Below are positions 28,263 to 37,108 of a DNA stretch of 64,000 nt, piece by piece. Numbering within the stretch: the first letter of the stretch is position 1; each line of letters starts with the position of its first letter. The position numbers and the translations under genes are program-made. Below the pieces are notes generated by a model, which made no database searches, had not been told where the DNA came from, and was given only the letters and a program-made list of their open reading frames with translations. Origin of the DNA: Planctomycetota bacterium (GTDB lineage: Bacteria; Planctomycetota; UBA1135; JACQFD01); NCBI GenBank assembly GCA_046160785.1, contig JBJXHE010000071.1:69812-133811 (forward strand), in the 5' to 3' direction.

Positions 28263-28763
28263 ATGCCGCTCAACCCCTCTGACGACTCGATTCACTCACC
28301 TCAAGGCGGCTCCGATTCCGGAGCTCAGAGAGAACAATTGTTAAAAAAGCTCAATTGTTTGATTGCTGTTTTAGAAGCAGCGATCTCTAAAGTTCGCCGG
28401 AATCAACAGGACACCGCAACGGATCCCGACCGGCTCGAACGCATTCGTATCAATCTCGAAAACACGCTAACAATCTGCCAGCGCGCGAAGGTCACTCTCG
28501 AAAAGCGCGGAATGCTCCCAGCCAACTTGCCGCCCGAAGTCCGCGAGGCCGTCGGCGCTTCTAACAGTTCCGCGCCCCCGGCGCCGGCGCGCACGCGAAG
28601 CCGCCGCAAGAACGATCAGCGCATGACCTACCGCGACTACGTCGAGCTGAGCTCGGTCGAGGAGTTTCAGAAGTTTAAAGATCGCACTCCTATCAGTTCC
28701 GAAGAGGTCGCCGGCTGCGATTTTGATTTGTTAGCAAACCAATTCAGCGCGCTCGAAGACTAA
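28263..28763 (+). CDS. hypothetical protein
   Basis: ATG 28263 (MPLNPSDDSIH...) inside ORF 28074..28763. Predicted helical/charged; no family recognised. Confidence 0.45.
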   Translation: MPLNPSDDSIHSPQGGSDSGAQREQLLKKLNCLIAVLEAAISKVRRNQQDTATDPDRLERIRINLENTLTICQRAKVTLEKRGMLPANLPPEVREAVGASNSSAPPAPARTRSRRKNDQRMTYRDYVELSSVEEFQKFKDRTPISSEEVAGCDFDLLANQFSALED

Positions 28764-28779
28764 CTTTCGAATCCGATTA

Positions 28780-29634
28780 TTAACGGCCCCAGTCGCGAAG
28801 ATAGCGAAAATCAAGGTTGACCGTCCGCGCTGAAAGTTTGGCGACGACGGGCAACCTTCTTTTGTATTGATTGGCCTGAACGCGCCGCGCGACCATTTTT
28901 AACAATTCGGGCCGGTGGCCCTTCGCTAATAATTCGCGTTCGTCGAGACGGCGGTCGACGAAGTCATGGAGCAGCGCGTCGGCTTCATCATAAATAACGC
29001 CAAGCTCTTCCTCCGCCATTTGCCCAGGATACAAATCCGGGCTCGGCCGCCGGTCGCAGATTTCCTTCGAAATACCAAGATAACGCGCAAGTGTATAAAC
29101 CTGGGTTTTATACAAATCGCCGAGAGGATTCACCGCGCTCGCGCTGTCGCCGTACCACGTTGTGTAGCCTAATAACATTTCCGTTTTATCGCTCGTTCCG
29201 ATCACTAATGCTTGGTCGCGCGCCGAATGATCAAATACAACAATCATGCGAGCGCGCGCCATCACGTTGCCCGCGCGCAGGCGATCGGCGGGGCGGTCGG
29301 CGGAAATGCCGGCGGCCGAAAAGTAGCCGTCGACCATATTCGTTATATCAATTTTCTCCGTCGGAATATTAAATTGTTTACACAATTCAACAGCCAAACG
29401 CTCGCTGTCGGGATTTGATAGTTTGTAAGGTAATATTAATCCTAGAATATTCTCCGGGCCGAGGGCCTTCGCCGCGAGCACGGCGGCCACCGCGGAATCG
29501 ATGCCTCCGGACACGCCGAGCACACCGCGGCGAAAACCAAATTTACGAATCGAGCCCTGTAAAAACCGCACAAGAACTTCTGTAACAACCGCGGGTTCGA
29601 GCGGCGGTAATTGTAGCATTGCGGGTTTGCTCAC
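28780..29634 (-). CDS. nadE: NAD+ synthetase, synthetase (ATP-pyrophosphatase) subunit
   Basis: PP-loop VLGVSGGIDSAV. GTGA start/stop overlap with the upstream nitrilase-family gene. Confidence 0.9.
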   Translation of the reverse strand: MSKPAMLQLPPLEPAVVTEVLVRFLQGSIRKFGFRRGVLGVSGGIDSAVAAVLAAKALGPENILGLILPYKLSNPDSERLAVELCKQFNIPTEKIDITNMVDGYFSAAGISADRPADRLRAGNVMARARMIVVFDHSARDQALVIGTSDKTEMLLGYTTWYGDSASAVNPLGDLYKTQVYTLARYLGISKEICDRRPSPDLYPGQMAEEELGVIYDEADALLHDFVDRRLDERELLAKGHRPELLKMVARRVQANQYKRRLPVVAKLSARTVNLDFRYLRDWGR

Positions 29635-30524
29635 GGCTGCTCGACGATTTTTTGTAGTTGTCGCAAGACTAATTCCGGTTTTTCATCGCGGCGCATCGGC
29701 GCAAAAAGCCGCGCGCGCCGCAGAGCGCCGCCGTCGATTTCTGTAACAATCGATCCGGTATCGAGGCCGTCAATCTTAGCAATCACAGTTCCAAACGGAT
29801 CGAAAACGCGCGAGCCTCCAAAAAAAGTAATGCCGTCTTCGACGCCGGAGCGATTGCAATAAACACAGTACGTTTGAAATAAGTTAGAAACGGCTTCGAG
29901 CACGGCGTCCCACGAGCGCGACGCGGATACATCTCCGCGCTCGGTGATGCCGCGCCCCGGCGACGACGAAACGCAAATTAACAAATCAACGTTCTGTAAA
30001 AATAATAAATAACTCGACGCAAGGTGCCACGCGTCTTCGCAAATTAAGATTCCGATGCGGCCGAACGAAGCGTCGAATGCAAAGAATCCGGAACCCGCGG
30101 CGAGGTAGCGCCCGTCGTCGAAAATCCCGTACGTCGGCAAATACACCTTTCTGTGAATATGAACAATATTCCCATTTTCAATAAAAGCCGCGGAATTGTA
30201 AAGACGATGATCGCGCGTGCGCTCGACGAATCCGACGACCGCCGCGAGCGGCTCGGCGCCCTTTCGCGTTTTTGTAGCATCAAGAACCCGCCGGAGCCGC
30301 GCGTCATCCGGCGCCATTGCGACTTCGTCGGCAAGGTCATGTAAAAAATAACCCGTCAAAGATAATTCTGGAAATACAACCAATCCCGCGCCGTCCTTTT
30401 TTGCATTTTCCAGAATTGTAAGGTGTTCCTCAATATTACGATTCACGTCGCCGAGCGCGGGCGCGGTCTGAGCGAGGAACACGCGCGTGGTCTTGAGCGG
30501 CGGTGCGGGGGAGTTCGGTTCCAT
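29631..30524 (-). CDS. carbon-nitrogen hydrolase (nitrilase superfamily); likely glutaminase partner of NadE
   Basis: E-K-C triad context: VVFPELSLTGY, HRKVYLPTYG, GILICEDAWH. Translationally coupled to nadE. Confidence 0.8.
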   Translation of the reverse strand: MEPNSPAPPLKTTRVFLAQTAPALGDVNRNIEEHLTILENAKKDGAGLVVFPELSLTGYFLHDLADEVAMAPDDARLRRVLDATKTRKGAEPLAAVVGFVERTRDHRLYNSAAFIENGNIVHIHRKVYLPTYGIFDDGRYLAAGSGFFAFDASFGRIGILICEDAWHLASSYLLFLQNVDLLICVSSSPGRGITERGDVSASRSWDAVLEAVSNLFQTYCVYCNRSGVEDGITFFGGSRVFDPFGTVIAKIDGLDTGSIVTEIDGGALRRARLFAPMRRDEKPELVLRQLQKIVEQP

Positions 30525-30533
30525 TGTATATAT

Positions 30534-31532
30534 TTATTTTTTCGCGGCCGCGAGAGCCTCGTTAACAATTCGGTCGGGGTCGATTCCTTCGGCCTCGCCC
30601 TCAAAGTTTAATAAAACGCGATGGCGCAAAGCGGGAACGGCCGCACGCTCCAGGTCGGCGCGTTCGACGTGAAAGCGGCCTGCGAGCAGCGCCATCGTTT
30701 TTCCGGCGAGCAGCATTGCCTGCGCGCCGCGCGGCGATGCGCCGCAACGTAAATATTTCTTTGCGAGCGGCGTGCAATCGGGCGCCGATGGATCTGTTAA
30801 TTTAACGGTCTTTGTAACAAATCGCTTCATGGCTTCCGACGCGGGAACCTCGCGAGTGAGGGCTCGCAATCGTAACAATTCGCGCGAATTCATCGCGGGC
30901 TTGGTCGACGCCGCGGACGGCCCCGTCGTGGCTTCTAATATATCCATTATTTGCTGCTCCGACGCGCTCTGAATCTTTAATTTAAAGAAAAACCGGTCGA
31001 GCTGCGCTTCCGGCAATGGATAGGTTCCTTCCATTTCGATAGGGTTCTGCGTTGCTACAACTAAAAACGGCTGCTCCAAAATATATGATTTGCCGGCGAC
31101 GGTCACCGCCGATTCTTGCATCGCTTCGAGGAGCGCCGACTGTGTCTTCGGCGTCGCGCGGTTGATTTCGTCGGCTAATACTAAATTTGCAAAAATCGGC
31201 CCGTGTTGAAATTCAAACTTTCGGCCGCCCTGTTCGCGGTCGACGAGAATATTCGTACCTGTAACATCCGCCGGCATCAAATCGGGCGTGAATTGTATTC
31301 TCGAAAAACGCACGTCGAGCGCCGCCGCGAGCGTTTTTACTAAAACTGTTTTTCCGAGGCCCGGAACGCCTTCGAGCAGCACGTGCCCGCCGCTGATGGC
31401 CGCCGAAACTAACAATTCGACGAGTTCCGGATTTCCTAAATAAACGCGCGAAATCTCCGCTTGAAGGCCCGCGCACCGGCGGCGCAGATCGTTAATTTCA
31501 TGTTCAAGTTGGTCGAGTGCCGCTTCGCTCAT
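30534..31532 (-). CDS. MoxR-family AAA+ ATPase
   Basis: Walker A LLEGVPGLGKT. Walker B LVLADEINRA. VVATQNPIEMEGTYPLPEAQLDRF. Confidence 0.9.
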   Translation of the reverse strand: MSEAALDQLEHEINDLRRRCAGLQAEISRVYLGNPELVELLVSAAISGGHVLLEGVPGLGKTVLVKTLAAALDVRFSRIQFTPDLMPADVTGTNILVDREQGGRKFEFQHGPIFANLVLADEINRATPKTQSALLEAMQESAVTVAGKSYILEQPFLVVATQNPIEMEGTYPLPEAQLDRFFFKLKIQSASEQQIMDILEATTGPSAASTKPAMNSRELLRLRALTREVPASEAMKRFVTKTVKLTDPSAPDCTPLAKKYLRCGASPRGAQAMLLAGKTMALLAGRFHVERADLERAAVPALRHRVLLNFEGEAEGIDPDRIVNEALAAAKK

Positions 31533-32377
31533 GCCGGGTCTCCAAGAAAAGTAAATATTTCGGAAAGGGATCGAATCACAGGAATTGTAGCATCCTGCGT
31601 TTTGACGGATGCTAACAATTCGTTTTTGTCATTTTCGCGGTTAATTAAGATTCCGTGGACGCCCGCCGCGCGCGCACCCGCGGCGTCGTTGGCGGGATGA
31701 TCGCCGACGTGAATGGCCTCGTGCGGTTCGACGCCCGCGCGCTCGCACGCGCGATGAAACAATTGTGGATTCGGCTTTTCGATTCCTTCGACCGCTGAGA
31801 TCAGTATGAAATCAAGAATCGATACAATTCCGAGGCGCTCCAAATGCACCATGAGTCGCGGGCTCCAATTGCTAATGATCCCGATCGTAAATTTACGGCG
31901 GCGCAGCTCTTCGAGCGTTGCTAACGTTTCTGGAAACAATACTAATTTTACAGTTTTGCGGTAACGGTCGAGCAGCGATTCTAATAATCCGTCTAATTGT
32001 TGCTCGCTCGCGCCGAGCGACCGGAACACCGCCGGCACGTACGCGCGAAACCAACGATCGGTGTAGCGTGCCGATTCGCCTTCGATGCGTGGCAAATGCT
32101 CATGCTCGCGGTGCATCGCCGCGCGAACGGTTTCCAAAGTTACAGATAGCCCAAGCTCGCGCGCTGCCGACGTGTAGATTTCAAACCGCGTCGGCGCTTC
32201 ATAAAAAAGCGTATTTCCCGCATCGAAGAATACGGCGCGGATCGACGCGGCATCGCCGGACGGAGTATGCAATTGCGTACTAATATTAGAGCGGAAAATC
32301 GAGGTCTCGCGCGAAGCAGGTTTTGGAGATTTGCTTTCGCACGATAGCCTCGGAGGGCCTTGATTCACAAAACGCAC
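31529..32377 (-). CDS. HAD-superfamily hydrolase (subfamily IA-like)
   Basis: VFFDAGNTLF, IISNWS, HVGDHPANDAAGARAAG. The maximal ORF overlaps the divergent TPR gene, so TTG 32272 may be the real start. Confidence 0.75.
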   Translation of the reverse strand: MRFVNQGPPRLSCESKSPKPASRETSIFRSNISTQLHTPSGDAASIRAVFFDAGNTLFYEAPTRFEIYTSAARELGLSVTLETVRAAMHREHEHLPRIEGESARYTDRWFRAYVPAVFRSLGASEQQLDGLLESLLDRYRKTVKLVLFPETLATLEELRRRKFTIGIISNWSPRLMVHLERLGIVSILDFILISAVEGIEKPNPQLFHRACERAGVEPHEAIHVGDHPANDAAGARAAGVHGILINRENDKNELLASVKTQDATIPVIRSLSEIFTFLGDPA

Positions 32378-33361
32378 TTTACCAAAACAACGTTCGCAAT
32401 ATTCGCGGCGTTCACATTGCTTACATTCGGGTGCCGCTCTTCGCGTGCGCCGGTGGGCGCCGGGTCCGACCGGCTCGACGCCGCTGACGCAGCCCTGTCG
32501 CGCGGCGAAGTCGGGAAGGTGATCGATTTGTTAAAAGGGCGATCACAAGACTCGACGCGCGGATCGAAGCTGCTTGGCCGCGCCTACCTCGCGTCGGGCG
32601 ATTATAATAATGCGCGTGATGCGTTTACGCGGGCCGTCGCTCTCGATTCGAAAGATAGTGAATCGTGGATTTATTTAGCCCAGGCCAGCGAGCGTGACCG
32701 TTTTTTTGAACGCGCCGCCGATGCGTATGAACACGTTTTAACCGTTCATCCGGGCAATGCCGAAGCCGCGCGAAAGTATGCATTCTTATTAACCGACCTC
32801 GGCCGGTTTCCCGACGCGCTCGCGGCGCTTCGGCGCGCGGCGGAATTGTTACCGAATGATGAAGAAGTTCGCTACAGAATCGGAGTTGTAGAATTAACGC
32901 GCAATCGTAATGAAGAGGCGGAAGCGGCGTTTCATTTTGTATTACAACAGATAGCCAGCCATGCGCCCGCGCGCATGGGACGCGGACTCGCGCGCGCGCG
33001 GCTTGCGATGAATATAAATAATCCGGGGCGGCGCGCGGAAATGTTAAAATCTGCGGAAGAGGATTTTAATGAAAGTATGAAGGCCGCGGCCGATTGGGCG
33101 GAGCCAGCTTACAATTTAGGATGGGTCCACGAAGAGATTCATAAGAATACGGCCGACGCCGAAAAGGCGTATCGCGAAGCGCTGCGCCGCAATCCGCAAC
33201 ATATCAATTCCATGATTCGAGTCGCGGGATTGCTCGAGAAGCGAGGCGAGAAGGCCGAGGCGCTCGGTTTTTATCAAAAAATATTAACGTTAACCTCAGA
33301 CCCGCGAGTGGCGACTCCGGTTCAAGCTCAAATCGAAGAATTATCAAAAAAAGGAAATTGA
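32360..33361 (+). CDS. TPR-repeat lipoprotein
   Basis: Lipobox-like LLTFGC after a hydrophobic N-terminus. Multiple TPR units (LGRAYLASGDYNNARDAFTRAVALD etc.). Confidence 0.75.
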   Translation: MIHKTHFTKTTFAIFAAFTLLTFGCRSSRAPVGAGSDRLDAADAALSRGEVGKVIDLLKGRSQDSTRGSKLLGRAYLASGDYNNARDAFTRAVALDSKDSESWIYLAQASERDRFFERAADAYEHVLTVHPGNAEAARKYAFLLTDLGRFPDALAALRRAAELLPNDEEVRYRIGVVELTRNRNEEAEAAFHFVLQQIASHAPARMGRGLARARLAMNINNPGRRAEMLKSAEEDFNESMKAAADWAEPAYNLGWVHEEIHKNTADAEKAYREALRRNPQHINSMIRVAGLLEKRGEKAEALGFYQKILTLTSDPRVATPVQAQIEELSKKGN

Positions 33362-33379
33362 AGATTTATTAAAACGGAC

Positions 33380-33775
33380 ATGAACGACGACCACGCTGTT
33401 TTTTCACAACTCGAACATCAACTGTCGCTTGCCATTCGCGAACGAAATCTCGGAAAAGTAATGAATTTCTATTCGGCCGACGCGCGTCTTCTGCCGCCGA
33501 ACGGGCCGGAATTGATAGGTTTCGAATCGGTACAAGCGGCGTGGAAAGCACTGCTCGCGATTCCGCAATTTTCTGTAACACTCGAATGTAAGCATGTCGG
33601 TGTCGCGGCCGACCGTTCCATCGCGTACGACGTTGGAACGTATCAACAATCGTATCAAAAGGCCGGCGGTCTTTTTGAAGACCACGGCAAATATTTAGTC
33701 GTTTGGCGCCGCGAAGCCGCCCACTGGAAGATTGTAGCTGATATGTTTAACAGCAGCGTTTCTGCGCCGGCGTAA
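33380..33775 (+). CDS. SnoaL/DUF4440-like (NTF2 fold) protein
   Basis: 131 aa. FYSADARLLPPNGPELIGFESV..W and GKYLVVWRREAAHWKIVADMFN are typical of the family. Confidence 0.65.
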   Translation: MNDDHAVFSQLEHQLSLAIRERNLGKVMNFYSADARLLPPNGPELIGFESVQAAWKALLAIPQFSVTLECKHVGVAADRSIAYDVGTYQQSYQKAGGLFEDHGKYLVVWRREAAHWKIVADMFNSSVSAPA

Positions 33776-33796
33776 CTTTTTAGTAGTCTTTAATCT

Positions 33797-34021
33797 TTAT
33801 TTACCAATCGCCTTTTTAATTCTCTGCTCGACGTCTTTAACCATCGCGGCGATGAAGTCGGCGCCGTAGTCGCGCTCGAGGAGCCAGCGGTCGTGGAAAT
33901 CTAACGTTCCCGAAGAAGGCGAATAGTCGATTTGAAAGTCGACGATGTCGCCGCCGTCTTCTTTAACTTCCACAAGTGCACAATTCATATCTGTATCAAT
34001 TTCGACGGTGTAGCTTGTCAT
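33797..34021 (-). CDS. small acidic hypothetical protein, paralog B
   Basis: 74 aa. ATGA overlap with paralog A. Shared C-terminal helix DYGADFIAAMVKDVEQRIKKAIGK. Confidence 0.55.
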   Translation of the reverse strand: MTSYTVEIDTDMNCALVEVKEDGGDIVDFQIDYSPSSGTLDFHDRWLLERDYGADFIAAMVKDVEQRIKKAIGK

Positions 34022-34260
34022 GATACTTTTCCTTTAGCGATCGCGGCGCGAACGGCCGCACGGATGTCCGAGGTGAGCTTGTCGGCGAACTCTGTTCCAA
34101 AGTCCATTTCGATCACTTTGATATCTTCAAAATCAAAACGTGACGTTTCGCGATTGAATGGGATGCCGTACTCCCACTTGTCGCCGTTTGGCGCGCGGAG
34201 CACGACCTCGACCTGATCGTCGGAGTCGGTAACAGTAATCTTATATTCCGGTTGAGACAT
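34018..34260 (-). CDS. small acidic hypothetical protein, paralog A
   Basis: 80 aa. C-terminus DFGTEFADKLTSDIRAAVRAAIAKGK aligns with paralog B. Confidence 0.55.
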   Translation of the reverse strand: MSQPEYKITVTDSDDQVEVVLRAPNGDKWEYGIPFNRETSRFDFEDIKVIEMDFGTEFADKLTSDIRAAVRAAIAKGKVS

Positions 34261-34386
34261 GGATTGTTAAATTAAGGTTGCGCCGCTCCGGATGGAAAAA
34301 TCCGTCAGCGCGCGTAACAAGCTAGCTCACAAAGTACGCGTTGGCCAAATGAGGTTGCGCAGAAAAGTAATCTCGTCCGAGGTTTT

Positions 34387-34659
34387 ATGGTGAAAGCTGA
34401 CCTCCAGTCCTACGAAAACCAACACCGCCATCCCGCGAATCGCGCGCTGCATGCGATCGGGATTCCGATTGTTATCATTTCCATCCCGCTCGTCTTTTTG
34501 GATTGGCGCTACTCGCTAGCGTTGCACGTAACGGGCTGGGCGATCCTTTGGCTCGGCCATGCAATAGAAGGGAATCTCCCCGCTTCGTGGAAAAATCCGT
34601 GGATCGTATTTGTAGCGCCGATTTGGTGGATCAAGCGGATGTTAGGAAAAACCTCATAA
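34387..34659 (+). CDS. DUF962 (Mpo1-like) small membrane protein
   Basis: YENQHRHPANRALHAIGIPIVIISIP and a second TM helix. Confidence 0.6.
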   Translation: MVKADLQSYENQHRHPANRALHAIGIPIVIISIPLVFLDWRYSLALHVTGWAILWLGHAIEGNLPASWKNPWIVFVAPIWWIKRMLGKTS

Positions 34660-34789
34660 GATTAATGCCGAGTTTGTCAGTGCGATGCACCCGAACGAGT
34701 GGAACGTTGCAGCGACCTTTAGAATATTTTAAGCTTTCACAAAATTGGTGTTTCTATGTTTGAGTAGACCGCCAAAAGACCGGGTGCCC

Positions 34790-34814
34790 TATTCTTTAAC
34801 TGTATTCTTTAACT
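34790..34814. repeat. tandem 12-bp direct repeat TATTCTTTAACT (x2, 1-nt spacer) in a promoter region
   Basis: Exact copies at 34790-34801 and 34803-34814, ending 20 nt upstream of ATG 34835. Confidence 0.7.
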
Positions 34815-34834
34815 TTAAGACCATAGTTTAATCC

Positions 34835-35515
34835 ATGCTCCCCGATCCACATTTGACGAAGGTATTTAACTATTACCGCGATGCGGAAATGCGCGGTGCG
34901 ACGCTACTGATCCGTCTTTGTAACATGACCGGACCAGGCGATATGCAGTCGGCGCTCTCGCGCCACATTATGGATGAGACCCGCCATGCGTGGATTTGGA
35001 CAAAAAGAATTATGGAAATGAAGGGTGTTGTTGCACCCGCCGACGACGGCTACCAGCGCCGCATCGGCCGCGAGGGGTTGCCGCGAAGTCTATTTGATAT
35101 ATTTGCATTAACGGTTGTGGTCGAGCAACGCGCGCGCACTCGCTATTTGCAACATTTAGCGCGCCCCGACGTCGATGAAGAAACGCGCAAGGCGCTCGAA
35201 GATGTATCAAAAGACGAGACGTGGCACATCGGCTGGATTGAAGCCGCGGCGCGCGAAATGGCGGTCGAGAAAGGCGACGCTGCTCTTTACGAATCGGCAA
35301 TTGCTAAATATCAGGCGATTGATCACAAAGTTACAGAAGAGTTACTACAGATCGAACGCGACCTGTTCGGTTTCTGTTACGCCGATCCGTTCAAGCCCGA
35401 AGATTTAGAAATCGCGCGGCGCAATCGCGAAAACGCGCAGCTTGAACTCGAAAAGCAAGGATCGAACGGCGCACCAATTGTAAAATCAACAGCCGCGGCG
35501 CTGGCTCAAATTTAA
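34835..35515 (+). CDS. ferritin-like diiron-carboxylate protein
   Basis: Two E...ExxH half-sites: RDAEMRG...MDETRH and VVVEQRA...KDETWH. Confidence 0.7.
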   Translation: MLPDPHLTKVFNYYRDAEMRGATLLIRLCNMTGPGDMQSALSRHIMDETRHAWIWTKRIMEMKGVVAPADDGYQRRIGREGLPRSLFDIFALTVVVEQRARTRYLQHLARPDVDEETRKALEDVSKDETWHIGWIEAAAREMAVEKGDAALYESAIAKYQAIDHKVTEELLQIERDLFGFCYADPFKPEDLEIARRNRENAQLELEKQGSNGAPIVKSTAAALAQI

Positions 35516-35571
35516 ATTAAATAATTTGCCGGCAATGGTCGCGGAAAGCCGCGCCAGCGCTTTTTACAGAT

Positions 35572-36600
35572 ATGACGCGCGACGCCACCGATGCGAAAAC
35601 AACAATAAAGCACCGCCGTAAGTATCGCGGATTCCTGTGGAATTGGTCGGAGTATTTGCTACTGATCGGAATAACGTGGATACTAAAACTCGTGCCGCAC
35701 CGCGCCTCGAACGCGCTTGCCGCTTTCGGTGGAGCGAGCTACGGCGCGCTCTGTCGATTGTTAAATATGCGTGATCACCGGGTTGCTACTATTAATCTGG
35801 AACTCGCTTATCCCGAAAAAAGTATAGAAGAGCGCAACGCTATTATTCGATCGATGTGGCGAATGTGGGGCCGATTTGTATCGGACGGCGTTCAAATGAC
35901 AAAAATGTCGCCGGAAAGACTCCGCGGAATAGTAAGAATCGATTCCAAGGAGCGTTTCTTAGAAATCAGCGAGAAAGTTAAGAAACGCGGAGTCTTAGTT
36001 TTAACCGCACATTTCGGTTCCTTTGAAATGTTACATGCGGCCGTGTCGGCGCACGGAATTCCCGTAACGCTCGTACACCGCCCGATGGCGAATCCGCTCG
36101 TCAGCACTTGGCTTTACCGGCTTCGCACGCGGTTTGGAACGCGCGCGCTGGCTCGCGGAGAAGCCGCGCGAGATGTATTAAAAGCGCTTCGCGATGGAAC
36201 TGTAGTAGCAATTCCATTTGATCAAACGGCGAATAAAGACACTCGAGTGTGGGCGCCTTTTTTTGGCGTACCGGCTGCGACTAATTCTGGACTCGCCCGG
36301 CTCGCGCACACGTCCGGGGCGCCCGTGTATCCCGTTTTGTTAATTCGCGAAGGCGAATCGCTCCGTCACAAAATTTATATTGGGCCCGAAATTCCAATTG
36401 TTAAAACCGGCGACAAAGAACGCGATGTCGAACAAACTACAATTCTATTTAATAAAACGCTAGAAGGCCTCATTCGCGCAAATCCCGATCACTGGATTTG
36501 GATGTACCGCCGATTTAAACAAAGGCCCGACGCCGGATGTTCTCCCTATCATTCGTGGGCGCCGCCGCTTGAGAGTTATCGAGTTTCGTTAAATAATTAA
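35572..36600 (+). CDS. lipid A biosynthesis (Kdo2-lipid IVA) acyltransferase family, LpxL/HtrB-like
   Basis: N-terminal TM helix. HX4E motif LTAHFGSFE. IPFDQ and VYPV segments. Confidence 0.75.
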   Translation: MTRDATDAKTTIKHRRKYRGFLWNWSEYLLLIGITWILKLVPHRASNALAAFGGASYGALCRLLNMRDHRVATINLELAYPEKSIEERNAIIRSMWRMWGRFVSDGVQMTKMSPERLRGIVRIDSKERFLEISEKVKKRGVLVLTAHFGSFEMLHAAVSAHGIPVTLVHRPMANPLVSTWLYRLRTRFGTRALARGEAARDVLKALRDGTVVAIPFDQTANKDTRVWAPFFGVPAATNSGLARLAHTSGAPVYPVLLIREGESLRHKIYIGPEIPIVKTGDKERDVEQTTILFNKTLEGLIRANPDHWIWMYRRFKQRPDAGCSPYHSWAPPLESYRVSLNN

Positions 36601-36602
36601 TA

Positions 36603-36971
36603 TTAATGTTCTTCCGGCTTTTTGTCGCCCTTCGCAGCGTTCGCTTCGCGCAACTGTAACTTCCAGCGAATCGTCTTTTCTTTAGCAGCTTCCATTTCGG
36701 CGCGCGGCACGTCGCCTTTGCGCATCCAGCAGCGAGAAACGTGGCCTTGCGCGTCGGCGTCGTCGGGATCGATCACTAATATTTTTTCGGCGACCGCGAT
36801 CGACGCATCCCACTTTTCCTGTTGAAATAAACAAAGCGCGACGCCGTGCATTGCAGTTGTAAACTTTGGATCGACGCTCAGCGCGGCCTCGTATTGTAGT
36901 CTTGCTTCATCAAACTTTTTGTTTTGATAGAAGCGCATCGCTGAAAGAATGTGATGTTGGAGGTTCGACAT
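36603..36971 (-). CDS. small TPR-repeat protein
   Basis: 122 aa with 2-3 TPR units (FYQNKKFDEARLQYEAALSVDPKF...). Confidence 0.65.
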   Translation of the reverse strand: MSNLQHHILSAMRFYQNKKFDEARLQYEAALSVDPKFTTAMHGVALCLFQQEKWDASIAVAEKILVIDPDDADAQGHVSRCWMRKGDVPRAEMEAAKEKTIRWKLQLREANAAKGDKKPEEH

Positions 36972-37108
36972 GATTCGGGCGTTGCATTCTTAAGCTAAAA
37001 TTATGTTCAATGCCACTGTTTCCGAGTCGTGCCGCGCTCGAGCGGCCGCCGCGTATGAACTCGACGCTGCAAAAAACAGACTGCGCGACTACGATCTGAA
37101 CAACTCCG

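Noticed and set aside
30534-31532. MoxR ATPase as the core of a MoxR-VWA (Bat-like) system
   Set aside because: No VWA, DUF58 or BatA-D-type gene is present on either side, so a complete system cannot be claimed from this window.
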